Made by a program: the position numbers and the translations under genes. The notes under the pieces are model-generated. The model had not been told where the DNA came from and searched no databases. It saw nothing but the letters and a program-made list of their open reading frames with translations. A stretch of 64,000 bases of DNA. It comes from Escherichia phage A5-4. Every line of letters starts with the position of its first letter. Position 1 is the first letter of the stretch. The stretch lies in sequence record OP744025. One strand, 5' to 3'. Of the stretch, positions 35,397-44,741 are shown piece by piece.

Positions 35397-35636
35397 TCAA
35401 TCCTTAATCACGTAGAATCCTGATTCGTTCATCAGGACAAAGGACTTGCCGAAGAAATCCTTACGATTATCCAAAACAAGGTAGAATCTTCGCTCAGACG
35501 AGAGGTGATGTGGGTCAGCCATATAGCTTACCCTCGCCGTCATGCCCTTATTCTTGCCCCTCGTGATCCTTACCCTTGTACCATTCTCATATTTAATAGA
35601 CACCGAACCTCCCTTGCAACTCTTTATGAACCGCAT
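35397..35636 (-). CDS. hypothetical protein
   Basis: ORF track. Confidence 0.5.
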   Translation of the reverse strand: MRFIKSCKGGSVSIKYENGTRVRITRGKNKGMTARVSYMADPHHLSSERRFYLVLDNRKDFFGKSFVLMNESGFYVIKD

Positions 35637-36096
35637 CTAATCCTGGCTTCAGTTTTGGAAGATCTCTTATAAACTCAGGGTATAGGATATTAACGAACTC
35701 AATCTCATCATCAGTAGGCTTTTGGGTATCTTCAAAATACTCGTCAAGATTGAATATCTGCCAATCCTTATGCCTTGCCTTTCGTATAGCTATGAAGATT
35801 TCATTGTTGCAGGTAGCCATCCAGGAAATCCTAGAACCTTCACCTTTACCACTTGGTAGTGTGGAAACACAGAAGCGTGGTACTTCCCGAACCTTAAAAC
35901 CCTCGTCATAGTATCCACGACCACGTTGAAATTTAAACTTGGTCTTCCCCACTCTCTGACTAATCTTCATGTCACGACGAAAGCTGTGGTCAGAAGTATA
36001 AATAAGTGGCCTAATGTATCCCGTATGACGGATCTTTTTCCAATTCCAATCTCGAATCAGTATCTCATAAACTTCCTTAAATGCTTCATACGCCAT
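35593..36096 (-). CDS. hypothetical protein
   Basis: 167 aa ORF track. Confidence 0.55.
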   Translation of the reverse strand: MAYEAFKEVYEILIRDWNWKKIRHTGYIRPLIYTSDHSFRRDMKISQRVGKTKFKFQRGRGYYDEGFKVREVPRFCVSTLPSGKGEGSRISWMATCNNEIFIAIRKARHKDWQIFNLDEYFEDTQKPTDDEIEFVNILYPEFIRDLPKLKPGLDAVHKELQGRFGVY

Positions 36097-36325
36097 CGAA
36101 CGATTCCTTATCTAGAGCACCAACAATCTCGAACTTTGCTACGCCTAAAACAACCACATGACCCAAGGATTGTACACCTGTCCACGGAGTACCATTCCTC
36201 TTAGGTCGCTTACCAGTTACATCGCAGAAATCATTCCGCATTTCTGTTGCATCAAACAACTCGCCTTTCGGAAAAACATCTTTGAAGTCAGCGATCACGT
36301 TAAGACATTTCAGTTTCATATTCAA
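36086..36325 (-). CDS. hypothetical protein
   Basis: ORF track. Confidence 0.5.
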   Translation of the reverse strand: MNMKLKCLNVIADFKDVFPKGELFDATEMRNDFCDVTGKRPKRNGTPWTGVQSLGHVVVLGVAKFEIVGALDKESFDGV

Positions 36326-36644
36326 ACACTCCTCTCTCTAATCTTTGTTTGGCAAGTAACTCCCTTTGTGCTCTAAGTGGCATCCTGAAAAATATCACAA
36401 CATTCTCCAAATCTGCCGCCCGTTTTTTAAGCTCTTTGGTGAATTTACCTTCCCGCTTAATTGCATCGTATATCTCTCTATACTCATATTCGATAGAGTT
36501 GTCTTCAAATATCCGGTTGGCGACCATATTATCAATCTCCATACCGATAGCTTCAAAGCTATACCAGTCTACATGTTCTTCTGTAACAGGACCTCTTTCT
36601 TTGTACACTTGTCCAGTTATTTCATTAACTACGATCGTTGTCAT
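36300..36644 (-). CDS. hypothetical protein, paralog family C
   Basis: start moved to ATG 36644 with AAGGAG RBS; shares FFRMP motif with 36625-36933. Confidence 0.5.
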   Translation of the reverse strand: MTTIVVNEITGQVYKERGPVTEEHVDWYSFEAIGMEIDNMVANRIFEDNSIEYEYREIYDAIKREGKFTKELKKRAADLENVVIFFRMPLRAQRELLAKQRLERGVFEYETEMS

Positions 36645-36933
36645 TGGAGTATCTCCTTGCATTATACGGCATCCTGAAAAAGTTTAAAAGGTTGTAGATA
36701 GCAGCAACCCTCTCTCTTACCTTTTCGTCAGAGAAACAATCAGGACCTTCGCTGCAAAGTTTAAAATCTATATCTTCCCACTCAGCGACCACAGATTCGT
36801 CTTCGAAAACTCCCTTTTCAAACATCATTCGAATCTCCATCTCCATACCCTTGAAGATTGTAAAAGTAACATCTTCAGGATCAAGGTATGATACATTGTC
36901 TATAAAGAGGCCCCTTTCGGGATAAATGACCAT
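36625..36933 (-). CDS. hypothetical protein, paralog family C
   Basis: track start is GTG 36969; ATG 36933 after AGGAGG preferred. Confidence 0.5.
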   Translation of the reverse strand: MVIYPERGLFIDNVSYLDPEDVTFTIFKGMEMEIRMMFEKGVFEDESVVAEWEDIDFKLCSEGPDCFSDEKVRERVAAIYNLLNFFRMPYNARRYSNDNDRS

Positions 36934-37057
36934 ATGCAAAATAATCCTCCTGTGTCCAATATAATCCACCCAGAAGCGATTTTGACGAGGTTTTCTTAAG
37001 ATAATGATAAATCACCTTACCTCGTCGTAGACCTCGTTAGAATCGTTCTGAGAGCGT

Positions 37058-37309
37058 TTAAGCCATACCGAGCAAATTCATCTCTTTTAACAGGCCTTCC
37101 AAGGTAGCATTAAACAACACTGGCTTGCCTTCCTCCAGCTTATTGAAGAAGATTTCATGAGTTTCATTATCTATCTTCTCCATCTCTTTTACCACTTCCT
37201 CTGACAAAAAGATATCACTACCTTTTAAACCAGGAAACATCAAGAGAATTGCAGTTTTTGCATTTGTTGCCCAACCCTGACCACCATTCAGACTGAATAT
37301 CTTAATCAT
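37058..37309 (-). CDS. hypothetical protein
   Basis: start moved to ATG after GGAGG (track start 37390 overlaps upstream gene by 89 nt). Confidence 0.45.
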   Translation of the reverse strand: MIKIFSLNGGQGWATNAKTAILLMFPGLKGSDIFLSEEVVKEMEKIDNETHEIFFNKLEEGKPVLFNATLEGLLKEMNLLGMA

Positions 37310-37610
37310 CATTTTCCTCCAAATTAACCAGTGCAGTTCGGACTTCAAGAAGAGTTGCTGCCCTTGCCTCGTTTCTCTCTGAGAAATCACGAATCATCAT
37401 CTTGTACTTCATTTCTTCTTCAGTACGAAGAATTTTCTGTTCGATCAGTTTGTAAACTTGGCCTGCTCTTTCTGGAAACAACGCTGCAAAGAGATTCCAA
37501 TCTTCCAATCTACCTTCGTAAGACTCTCCAGAAGTAAAGTACCGATCTCTTTCGATACTGTCAACAAAATAGTAGCCGAATTCACCATAACGCCAAGTTT
37601 CATTTTTCAT
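37302..37610 (-). CDS. hypothetical protein, paralog family D
   Basis: paralog of 37772-38011 (YFTS-x-EGR-EDW motif). Confidence 0.55.
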   Translation of the reverse strand: MKNETWRYGEFGYYFVDSIERDRYFTSGESYEGRLEDWNLFAALFPERAGQVYKLIEQKILRTEEEMKYKMMIRDFSERNEARAATLLEVRTALVNLEENDD

Positions 37611-37768
37611 TTGATGTACCGAGCAGCAGCCGTACCGATAAGGAAGCCAGCAGGAACTGCGACAATGATAGCTTCAATCATTTTAAGATCTGCTGCAACA
37701 CATGCTGCACCAACAACAACAGAACCAGCCCAGATAGCAATTACACGTTTCAAAAATTTAGTATTCAT
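37607..37768 (-). CDS. small membrane protein (53 aa)
   Basis: not in track; hydrophobic (AIWAGSVVVGAACVAA, IVAVPAGFLIGTAAA); ATGA overlap with next gene. Confidence 0.4.
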   Translation of the reverse strand: MNTKFLKRVIAIWAGSVVVGAACVAADLKMIEAIIVAVPAGFLIGTAAARYIK

Positions 37769-37771
37769 TCG

Positions 37772-38011
37772 TTAGTCTCCTGATTTTGTTAAGTTTTCTT
37801 TTATTTTTACGTACTCGATTAAAGATTTTGCGAGATCACCATCGATTTTCTCACAAACCATGAGTATCTCTCTTACCTTTTCGGGATGAACAGATTCATA
37901 AAATTTCCAATCCTCTGTTCTCCCCTCTGTGGTTTGGGAAGTGAAGTATTCTTCTCTGTCTCGCTCCGGTAAGAGATAATATACAAGACTTAGCTTCCTC
38001 TCGTCAAGCAT
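37772..38011 (-). CDS. hypothetical protein, paralog family D
   Basis: ORF track. Confidence 0.55.
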   Translation of the reverse strand: MLDERKLSLVYYLLPERDREEYFTSQTTEGRTEDWKFYESVHPEKVREILMVCEKIDGDLAKSLIEYVKIKENLTKSGD

Positions 38012-38020
38012 TTTATCACC

Positions 38021-38392
38021 TTATTCGTAAAAAACCTTATCCGCTTGTTCTTTTAACCAACCCCGTCGGAAAGCACTCTTAAGTATTTCTGCCCACTTCG
38101 GATTTGCTGCCTCTAAGAGAAGTACCTCTTCTTTCTCTATGTTCATAGGATCAGCAAAGAAATCCAAAATCTCCTCATTGAAGACACCCTCTATCAAGAT
38201 CCCTTTATATTTCAACGTCAAAAGTTTTGCCATAAAACCTTGAGATATTGCTCCCTCTCTATCAATTGTCGTAGTTGGGGGATTTGGAAAAGGGAAACCC
38301 TGCATCGGTGTTGGTGATGCACCTGTCTTCACAAAAGTGTTCCCGCCAGTGTTATTGAAGAAACCTTTCATATTTTTATCGTACAATGACAT
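38021..38392 (-). CDS. hypothetical protein
   Basis: ORF track. Confidence 0.5.
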   Translation of the reverse strand: MSLYDKNMKGFFNNTGGNTFVKTGASPTPMQGFPFPNPPTTTIDREGAISQGFMAKLLTLKYKGILIEGVFNEEILDFFADPMNIEKEEVLLLEAANPKWAEILKSAFRRGWLKEQADKVFYE

Positions 38393-38831
38393 TTTCTACC
38401 CTCTCTTGAATTTTTATCTCTGCCTCATCTAAAGCTTCCCCCATTGCAAGGATATACCTTGAAATTTCAGGGAACAACGCTTCAAACATCTCTATCTCCT
38501 CTTCAAGTATATCTGTTGGATCGAAGAAATACTCTTCAAGGACTATTCGCTTTGTCACGATCTTGTTGCCGTAAGTAACAAAAACGAAACGATCAGGTTT
38601 CCCAATAGAATCTTTGGAGGTTCTCCATTGGAAAAGATGCCTGTTTGAACTTATGTTTATCCTTTTGTCAGCCTTGTCCAGCGGGATTCTAAAACTTACG
38701 GATGCTGACATTCCTTCGGATTGAGTCCATTTTTCACTCTTCTTAAAAATATTGTTCCGGTATCTGTTTTTACCTAAGGCATTAAAAGTCCACTGCCTGC
38801 TCAATCTCTCGATTATCTCTTTAGTTTTCAA
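38376..38831 (-). CDS. hypothetical protein
   Basis: ORF track. Confidence 0.5.
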   Translation of the reverse strand: MKTKEIIERLSRQWTFNALGKNRYRNNIFKKSEKWTQSEGMSASVSFRIPLDKADKRINISSNRHLFQWRTSKDSIGKPDRFVFVTYGNKIVTKRIVLEEYFFDPTDILEEEIEMFEALFPEISRYILAMGEALDEAEIKIQERVENVIVR

Positions 38832-39379
38832 AACGGTATGTCCTCGTCAACAATAAATTTTATAGCATTCTTTACAGCCGCTTTATTCAGATGTTGAACA
38901 CGCTGGAAGAACATTAGGTTCAAGTCAAGAAGAATATCATCATCTCCGTACAACGCCGTGAAAAGATCAAGCTCTTCATCTGTCGGATGCGTGGGATTCT
39001 CAAATAAGCCCTCAAACACCACCTGGGCCTCATTTCTTTTAGCCAGCGTGGTTGAGTCTCGATAGATATTTAATACCGTGTGTACATCATCTACGCTTAG
39101 GATTTTGACACATTCCAGATCTCCTGTGTCACCATCGAGATAAAGAGTGATCGCAGGAGTTGACCAATTTGATTCACTTATTGCATAAACGTAGATGCTT
39201 TTGCGATTACCAACTGCAATAGACTCTTCAATTTTCTTTTCTGCCGCCTTAAAGAAAGGTTGGTGTTTGATCCAATGCTCCCAACCAATCCAACGAGCAC
39301 CCTTACCATACGCATTCAGCACATGATTCTCAATGTTACGTTTACTCTTTAAAACCTCCATAAAAGAAAAGCCAGCCAC
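38828..39379 (-). CDS. hypothetical protein
   Basis: 183 aa; 4-nt overlap. Confidence 0.55.
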   Translation of the reverse strand: MAGFSFMEVLKSKRNIENHVLNAYGKGARWIGWEHWIKHQPFFKAAEKKIEESIAVGNRKSIYVYAISESNWSTPAITLYLDGDTGDLECVKILSVDDVHTVLNIYRDSTTLAKRNEAQVVFEGLFENPTHPTDEELDLFTALYGDDDILLDLNLMFFQRVQHLNKAAVKNAIKFIVDEDIPF

Positions 39380-39400
39380 CTTTCGGTGACTGGCCTAGAG

Positions 39401-39868
39401 TTAGCTACTAATCACCACGAATGCAGTAACTATAGCATACAGAAATCCAATTGCAACAAAAATTATCATAATGGGGTCAGAGGTTACTCGCTTAAGTTTT
39501 CCTAAGAAAGTTGATCGGTATTTGTGTTCCTTCTCCATTTTGTTTATCAAAATGATGAAAGAGTTGATATGAATATCTTCAGCACTCTCTGCAAAAGGTG
39601 TGTACTTGAACGTACCTTCTGTATTTGCAACAAAGCTGCGATGATACTTTTTACCGTCATAACTTTCTATAAGAAGACCATCCTTTGTCACCCGATAACT
39701 AACTGAACGGAACTTGTCATAAAAAACGTATGCCCTGAATCCATCTTGATCGGGAACAGCCTTTCTGACGTAGCCGTCAAAAAACTCCAATCTCTTTCCA
39801 GAATTCAGTTCCAAGTTGTCAGCTAACATAGGGAGTTGACTTACGTATGTAAAGTACATAATGATCAT
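39401..39868 (-). CDS. hypothetical protein with C-terminal TM helix
   Basis: ends IMIIFVAIGFLYAIVTAFVVISS; first gene after intergenic hairpin 40014-40039. Confidence 0.55.
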   Translation of the reverse strand: MIIMYFTYVSQLPMLADNLELNSGKRLEFFDGYVRKAVPDQDGFRAYVFYDKFRSVSYRVTKDGLLIESYDGKKYHRSFVANTEGTFKYTPFAESAEDIHINSFIILINKMEKEHKYRSTFLGKLKRVTSDPIMIIFVAIGFLYAIVTAFVVISS

Positions 39869-40013
39869 CCTTCCACTAAGCTGAAATCATTTTATCATAT
39901 TATGAAAAAATACAACAGCGAAGATCGGTCATGAACACTATGTTGTTAATTTTTACAACAGGACTCCAAAAAAGTATTTAAATCACTTAAATCGATTTTA
40001 ATACATAGAAAAT

Positions 40014-40039
40014 ACCTATGGACCAGATCTGACCCATAG
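40014..40039 (-). terminator. terminator-like hairpin
   Basis: CCTATGG-12nt-CCATAGG inverted repeat just downstream of gene ending at 40061; moderate T-richness. Confidence 0.35.
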
Positions 40040-40060
40040 GCTATACCTTAATGTGAAATT

Positions 40061-40639
40061 TTATTCATTTCCCCGATATTTTTGAATTGCGATCGAAGTC
40101 CTTGGTTCAGCCAGTCCAGTTCCATATGCATACCATTTGCCAGTGAGTGTTTTTCGAGCACCGTAGGACCCAATCTCCATGTCGTCACAATAAACATCGT
40201 AACCGATCGGGGTCTTAACTAAAAAGAGTACATTACGAGGAATCCCTAAGAGGGTAAACATCGATATGGCATCTTTTGCGATCTCGTGAGAAATCTTCTC
40301 TGCATTCTTTTTACTGGTTGCACTTCTAAACAGTTCCATCTTTAAGAAGATATTGAAATGAATATCATCAAGAACCATCTCATCACGGAAGCATGGGGTC
40401 ACAGCCATCCAACTGCCATCTTCCAACTTCCCTTCTTTGTCGAGTTGGAGGAATGATTGCTCTGCGGAAGCCACTGCATATTTCCCGTTCTGGACAATTC
40501 GAAGATCAGTAACATCTTCGGGGCATGTATGATCCATAGCATCATCATCCACATAGCTTGGGACAACCTTATCATTGAAACCTTTACATTTCCACCAACT
40601 GTGGGCATCAATAAACAATGTGAAGTCGATGTTTGACAT
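40061..40639 (-). CDS. class-II aminoacyl-tRNA-synthetase-like (AsnA/AspRS motif-2-like) protein
   Basis: TPCFRDE resembles the GPCFRNE motif of class IIb aaRS/AsnA catalytic core; only about 190 aa; start moved to ATG 40639 (GAGG RBS). Confidence 0.35.
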   Translation of the reverse strand: MSNIDFTLFIDAHSWWKCKGFNDKVVPSYVDDDAMDHTCPEDVTDLRIVQNGKYAVASAEQSFLQLDKEGKLEDGSWMAVTPCFRDEMVLDDIHFNIFLKMELFRSATSKKNAEKISHEIAKDAISMFTLLGIPRNVLFLVKTPIGYDVYCDDMEIGSYGARKTLTGKWYAYGTGLAEPRTSIAIQKYRGNE

Positions 40640-40640
40640 T

Positions 40641-41144
40641 TTAGCCTCGCTTACCATTCTGGAATGCACGTTTAGTAATTTTTGACATAACCATCAGGTC
40701 TTCTATTGAAGTGCTTGGATGATACTTATTCAGGTAGGCTTCCATAGCGCCGACCAGATCAGAAAGCTCTACCAACTCCATGATCTTACATTTTTGTTTA
40801 GCTGCATCCTTGAGTTCATCAAGTTCTTCTTGAATCTTAGTGATCTCTCCAAGCTCTCCGCGAGGGAAAGTATCCAGATGATAACCAGGTTTTTGTTCTT
40901 CAATGCCCTCATGTCCGACAACACGAAATTTTCCGGCAGCGAAACGCCAAACACCTTCAAAATACACAATGTAATGTTCCGACTCTGCAATGAAGATAGT
41001 GTCGAAATTTTTAAATTTAAAAAATCCTTCGATAAGATTATCTTCTGTACTGAAACTTCCTAAGAAGTTGAGTTCTTGCTCCGTATGAAATTCCATAACC
41101 ATATTTTCGTTCTGGAGTTTCGTCAGCAATTTTAAAATTTTCAT
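40641..41144 (-). CDS. hypothetical protein, possible MazG-like all-alpha NTP pyrophosphohydrolase
   Basis: EELDELKDA ... ELVELSDLVGAMEAYL pattern; start moved to ATG 41144 with AAGAGGAGAG RBS. Confidence 0.3.
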   Translation of the reverse strand: MKILKLLTKLQNENMVMEFHTEQELNFLGSFSTEDNLIEGFFKFKNFDTIFIAESEHYIVYFEGVWRFAAGKFRVVGHEGIEEQKPGYHLDTFPRGELGEITKIQEELDELKDAAKQKCKIMELVELSDLVGAMEAYLNKYHPSTSIEDLMVMSKITKRAFQNGKRG

Positions 41145-41155
41145 TTTCTCTCCTC

Positions 41156-41644
41156 TTATGGGCAACACCGTGGAGATCTTCCACAGAAGAATTGCCAATT
41201 GGTTTCTGAGTCTTTGTAATTTACAAACCCTATCCTTCCGCACCCTTTCCCACTACAAACCGCTTCACGAGGATGATAGTCTATACTGCAAGAGTGGGGA
41301 TGATCAAACGCTTCTCGTATTTCAACACAGAGTCTACTTAACCAAGCGAACATTTTTGGCATAGAAGCTTCAAGGAGTTTAAGTTCATCGACCGTAGGTT
41401 TGTCTTTCTCCATGAAGAAGTCATTTATCTCGGAAAACAAAATCACGTTTTGAACTATACCGCTGCTTACCTTGTAAGAGAACTCCTCAGTAAGTCTCAC
41501 AGTAACTTCCTCTATCAATTCTTTTTCATTATCTTGATCTTTTGCTAATCTTTCTTCAATCCATCGGATAACGAAGAATCTTTCTCTCTGAACATCCATG
41601 TTCAAAGTATTGATTATTTTTTCATAGATTAGGTTTCCTTCCAT
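41156..41644 (-). CDS. hypothetical protein with C-terminal Cys/His cluster
   Basis: HPHSCS...CSGKGCGRIG...CGRSPRCC. Confidence 0.5.
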   Translation of the reverse strand: MEGNLIYEKIINTLNMDVQRERFFVIRWIEERLAKDQDNEKELIEEVTVRLTEEFSYKVSSGIVQNVILFSEINDFFMEKDKPTVDELKLLEASMPKMFAWLSRLCVEIREAFDHPHSCSIDYHPREAVCSGKGCGRIGFVNYKDSETNWQFFCGRSPRCCP

Positions 41645-42756
41645 ACCTTGTCTTGTGCCTCCAGGATAAGTTTTTCAACAATCTTCAGATCTGTTTTCTT
41701 TGGTAAGCTCGATTGCTTATAAAGAACATCTGTGATCATTTTATCTTTTTCTTCAGCCCAGTCAACAATTTCTTCATAGCGGTATTCACCATTTCGGATT
41801 GCGAGGAGTTCTTCAGCGTCTGGTCGATTAACTAAAACTTTACCTTCTGTGAGGATTTCTTCACCCATCCGAAGAAGCCGGACCAAATGCATAGCATGTT
41901 TAGTGTCGTAACCGAACTTCTCTTCCAGTTCATGACGCTTCTCGTTACGATTCTTAACCCATTCCCAATAGTTGTGGTGTTTCTCCTTGGCCCATTTATG
42001 ATCGTCAGCACAATACTTAACAATCATCAGTGTCTTACCTCTTTTAACTTCATCTGGGATTTCTTCATAGTCCAGCTTACGGATAGAACCATCTTTGTTA
42101 AACATAGGTTCAACATTTTCACGACGATCCTCTACAACGCCGTAAATGTTACTGCCGTAATGAACCAAAGTACAGAAGCCTTCCATGTTTTTAAATTTAC
42201 GAACAAAGTCTTCGTACTTCAACTCACCTTCTCCGAGATAGCTCTGCACCAGACGGAAATAGTCAAATTGAGTTGGTGGCTCTTTTGGTTGCGGATTATT
42301 AATGTGTTTGTTGTGACCCTTGATCCGCTTTAACTGAGACATTGCATAACCACTGAAGCGAAATGCAACTTCACGAGACAGTAAGGAGTAGAAATGTTCT
42401 TTCATCTCTTTCCAAGCTTCGTGCTCGTACAATGTGGCTTTCGGATCAGTAAAACCCAGTTCAATGATATTTGGGTTCATCTTCGAAAACAGTTGAAGGA
42501 AAGTTCCCAATTCGTAGATCTTGGCATCCTCTTCACCAGGGATGTTTAATTCAGTAACCTCTTTGAATGGGGTACGAACCACATTTGGGGTTGCAACAAA
42601 AACCCCACGGATATCAATATCACTACCTTCGTTATTCGTACCATACGCATGAGATCCTGCCAGACTCAACATCAGTACCTTCGCCACGTCTGGATGATTT
42701 TCCATCTTCTCTACGATACTTTTTACCTTTCCAGCACTCACAACTGAATTTTCCAT
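41629..42756 (-). CDS. Pol-beta superfamily nucleotidyltransferase
   Basis: LAGSHAYGTNNEGSDIDIRGV = G-S-x10-D-x-D NTase signature; 375 aa. Confidence 0.65.
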   Translation of the reverse strand: MENSVVSAGKVKSIVEKMENHPDVAKVLMLSLAGSHAYGTNNEGSDIDIRGVFVATPNVVRTPFKEVTELNIPGEEDAKIYELGTFLQLFSKMNPNIIELGFTDPKATLYEHEAWKEMKEHFYSLLSREVAFRFSGYAMSQLKRIKGHNKHINNPQPKEPPTQFDYFRLVQSYLGEGELKYEDFVRKFKNMEGFCTLVHYGSNIYGVVEDRRENVEPMFNKDGSIRKLDYEEIPDEVKRGKTLMIVKYCADDHKWAKEKHHNYWEWVKNRNEKRHELEEKFGYDTKHAMHLVRLLRMGEEILTEGKVLVNRPDAEELLAIRNGEYRYEEIVDWAEEKDKMITDVLYKQSSLPKKTDLKIVEKLILEAQDKVWKET

Positions 42757-42846
42757 TTATCCTCCAATCATGTAAGTCACACAAGCCAACCCAGTTGGCC
42801 TGTTTAATCTTTATAAAGTTTACGCAGCTTGTGCAGTCTTTTTTAT

Positions 42847-43242
42847 TTATAGGCATTTCACACCATAAATGATCATCAATACAACAAGTGTCAGTGTATA
42901 GATCAAACTCCCATAAAGTCCATGACTGGTGATTTTAAGCTTTTTCTTAAAGCACATCATTGTACTATAAATTACACCAGTCCAGTGAATCACTAAAATC
43001 GCGGTGGCAATATCTGAAACATTACCCGCCCAAAGCATCAAAGAGTATGAGAGGTACATTGCAAAACCTGATAGTAGGAATGTAAACAAATAACCAATTA
43101 CACTTTTCTTTTTCTGATCTACGATTTTATTTTTCATGGTATCGATGTTCAGATTGTAATAGGCAACTGCCACTATCTGGATAATCAGCCCCAAAATAAA
43201 GAAAGAGATCAGTGTAACGTATTCAAAAATTGGTGCAGTCAT
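42847..43242 (-). CDS. membrane protein (about 4 TM helices)
   Basis: 131 aa with four hydrophobic segments. Confidence 0.55.
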   Translation of the reverse strand: MTAPIFEYVTLISFFILGLIIQIVAVAYYNLNIDTMKNKIVDQKKKSVIGYLFTFLLSGFAMYLSYSLMLWAGNVSDIATAILVIHWTGVIYSTMMCFKKKLKITSHGLYGSLIYTLTLVVLMIIYGVKCL

Positions 43243-43640
43243 TATAATTTCTCCTCAATAATTTCAGAAATGAGATTCGAGATCTCGAAAGTTTCTAACT
43301 CTTCGACGTGTGACAAGCGCTGGAGGCGCTCGATAACAAAGTCTTTCTTCACAAACACATCCGACAGATGCTCAATGTCCTGCTTACCACGCATTCCGCT
43401 AACCAACTGCTTGTATCGGATGAGTTCAATATACTCCTCTTTAGACATTACTGTCAAGCGTTCATCTGCACAAATATGCAAAAATACTTGCTTGCTGTCC
43501 CAGTCAAATCCTCTGTACACTGCCTCTACTTCACGGCGTGGTGTCCCGCCCAGTGTTACATGACCAACCTCAACAGGGATAGATACCTGATCATCAGGTC
43601 GGCACTGCTGCAACTCCTCAATCAATTCAGATACTTTCAT
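43242..43640 (-). CDS. hypothetical protein
   Basis: ORF track. Confidence 0.5.
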   Translation of the reverse strand: MKVSELIEELQQCRPDDQVSIPVEVGHVTLGGTPRREVEAVYRGFDWDSKQVFLHICADERLTVMSKEEYIELIRYKQLVSGMRGKQDIEHLSDVFVKKDFVIERLQRLSHVEELETFEISNLISEIIEEKL

Positions 43641-43642
43641 AG

Positions 43643-44098
43643 TTACCCCTGTTTAAGCTTAAAAGATTTAAAGGCTTCGATAAAGTCCATTTCTTTTTGC
43701 GTGTATTTGTGGTCAATTGTATCAGAGAAAAGAGGGCAACGACCATCAACCAACTTCACATCCCACAGATGTTGAGGGAGAATAAATGCAATGGCTGTAA
43801 GTGCACCATTCAAAGAATCATTCTCCTCGCAGAAAAATGCGTAAGGAATCTTCTCTATGTTTGGAGCTAAAAATCCTTCTGCAAAATTAAGCATCTTCGA
43901 TTGATAGCCTCCGTTCAACAAGATCATTGTTTGGTCTTTGCTTTGCCACTGATCTACAAGGTTGTATCTGTCATCATATCGATCGGCATAGGCAAATCCA
44001 TAATGACCTACAAGGTTTGCTGCTGCATGTGCTGCTTGGATACCTGCTTGGATTCCCATCATGTAGCTGTTTACCAATACGTACATCCGAGTTTTCAA
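43643..44098 (-). CDS. peptidyl-tRNA hydrolase PTH2-like protein
   Basis: VLVNSYMMGIQAGIQAAHAAANL and NGALTAIAFILP resemble PTH2 core motifs; motif-level only. Confidence 0.45.
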   Translation of the reverse strand: MKTRMYVLVNSYMMGIQAGIQAAHAAANLVGHYGFAYADRYDDRYNLVDQWQSKDQTMILLNGGYQSKMLNFAEGFLAPNIEKIPYAFFCEENDSLNGALTAIAFILPQHLWDVKLVDGRCPLFSDTIDHKYTQKEMDFIEAFKSFKLKQG

Positions 44099-44415
44099 TT
44101 CTTACCTCCAAAAATTCGTTTTGCAAACTTTTCATTACCAATCGTTAGATTATAAACAACCATAGTTGAATAAACAATCCACGCAAGAGCATAAAACAAA
44201 ATCAAGAAAGGCCACCCTACAAACCAGAATACAGTCATTATTAACCAACCTAGCATCAGGAGTTTATAATTAACATTTCCGTGATTTAAAGGGTCGAGTA
44301 AGTTACTGTTTTCTGGCAAAGGGATACGAAACCCGCCCTGGCGAAGCTTGATTAACAAGAACCAAGCGGCAGAACTTATAATGCAACATAAAATATACGT
44401 TAATAAACTTGTCAT
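44095..44415 (-). CDS. membrane protein, paralog family E
   Basis: tandem paralog of 44412-44741 (WFLLIKLRQ-GF-IP-P, TIGN-K). Confidence 0.55.
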   Translation of the reverse strand: MTSLLTYILCCIISSAAWFLLIKLRQGGFRIPLPENSNLLDPLNHGNVNYKLLMLGWLIMTVFWFVGWPFLILFYALAWIVYSTMVVYNLTIGNEKFAKRIFGGKN

Positions 44416-44741
44416 TTTTTAACCCCAAAGATCTTAGTTAGTAATTTATCATTCCCTATAGTAAGGCCACATAAACTTTTTATACCGAACACCAAGTACG
44501 ACCCAATTGTAACACAGATAATAATTGGGTAAACAAGATACCAGAAGAATGTTGCACATAGCCAACCAACCATGACCATACGTAAATTTACATTTTCATT
44601 GTTCAGGGGTTCTAGGATATACAGGTCTTCACTATCCTTGGGGAAGGGGATGTTGAACCCCTTCTGCCGTAATTTGATCAATAAGAACCAAAGTGGACAA
44701 CTGATCAAACAACCTATTAAATAACCTTCAACCATTTTCAC
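44412..44741 (-). CDS. membrane protein, paralog family E
   Basis: ORF track; 4-nt overlap. Confidence 0.55.
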   Translation of the reverse strand: MKMVEGYLIGCLISCPLWFLLIKLRQKGFNIPFPKDSEDLYILEPLNNENVNLRMVMVGWLCATFFWYLVYPIIICVTIGSYLVFGIKSLCGLTIGNDKLLTKIFGVKK

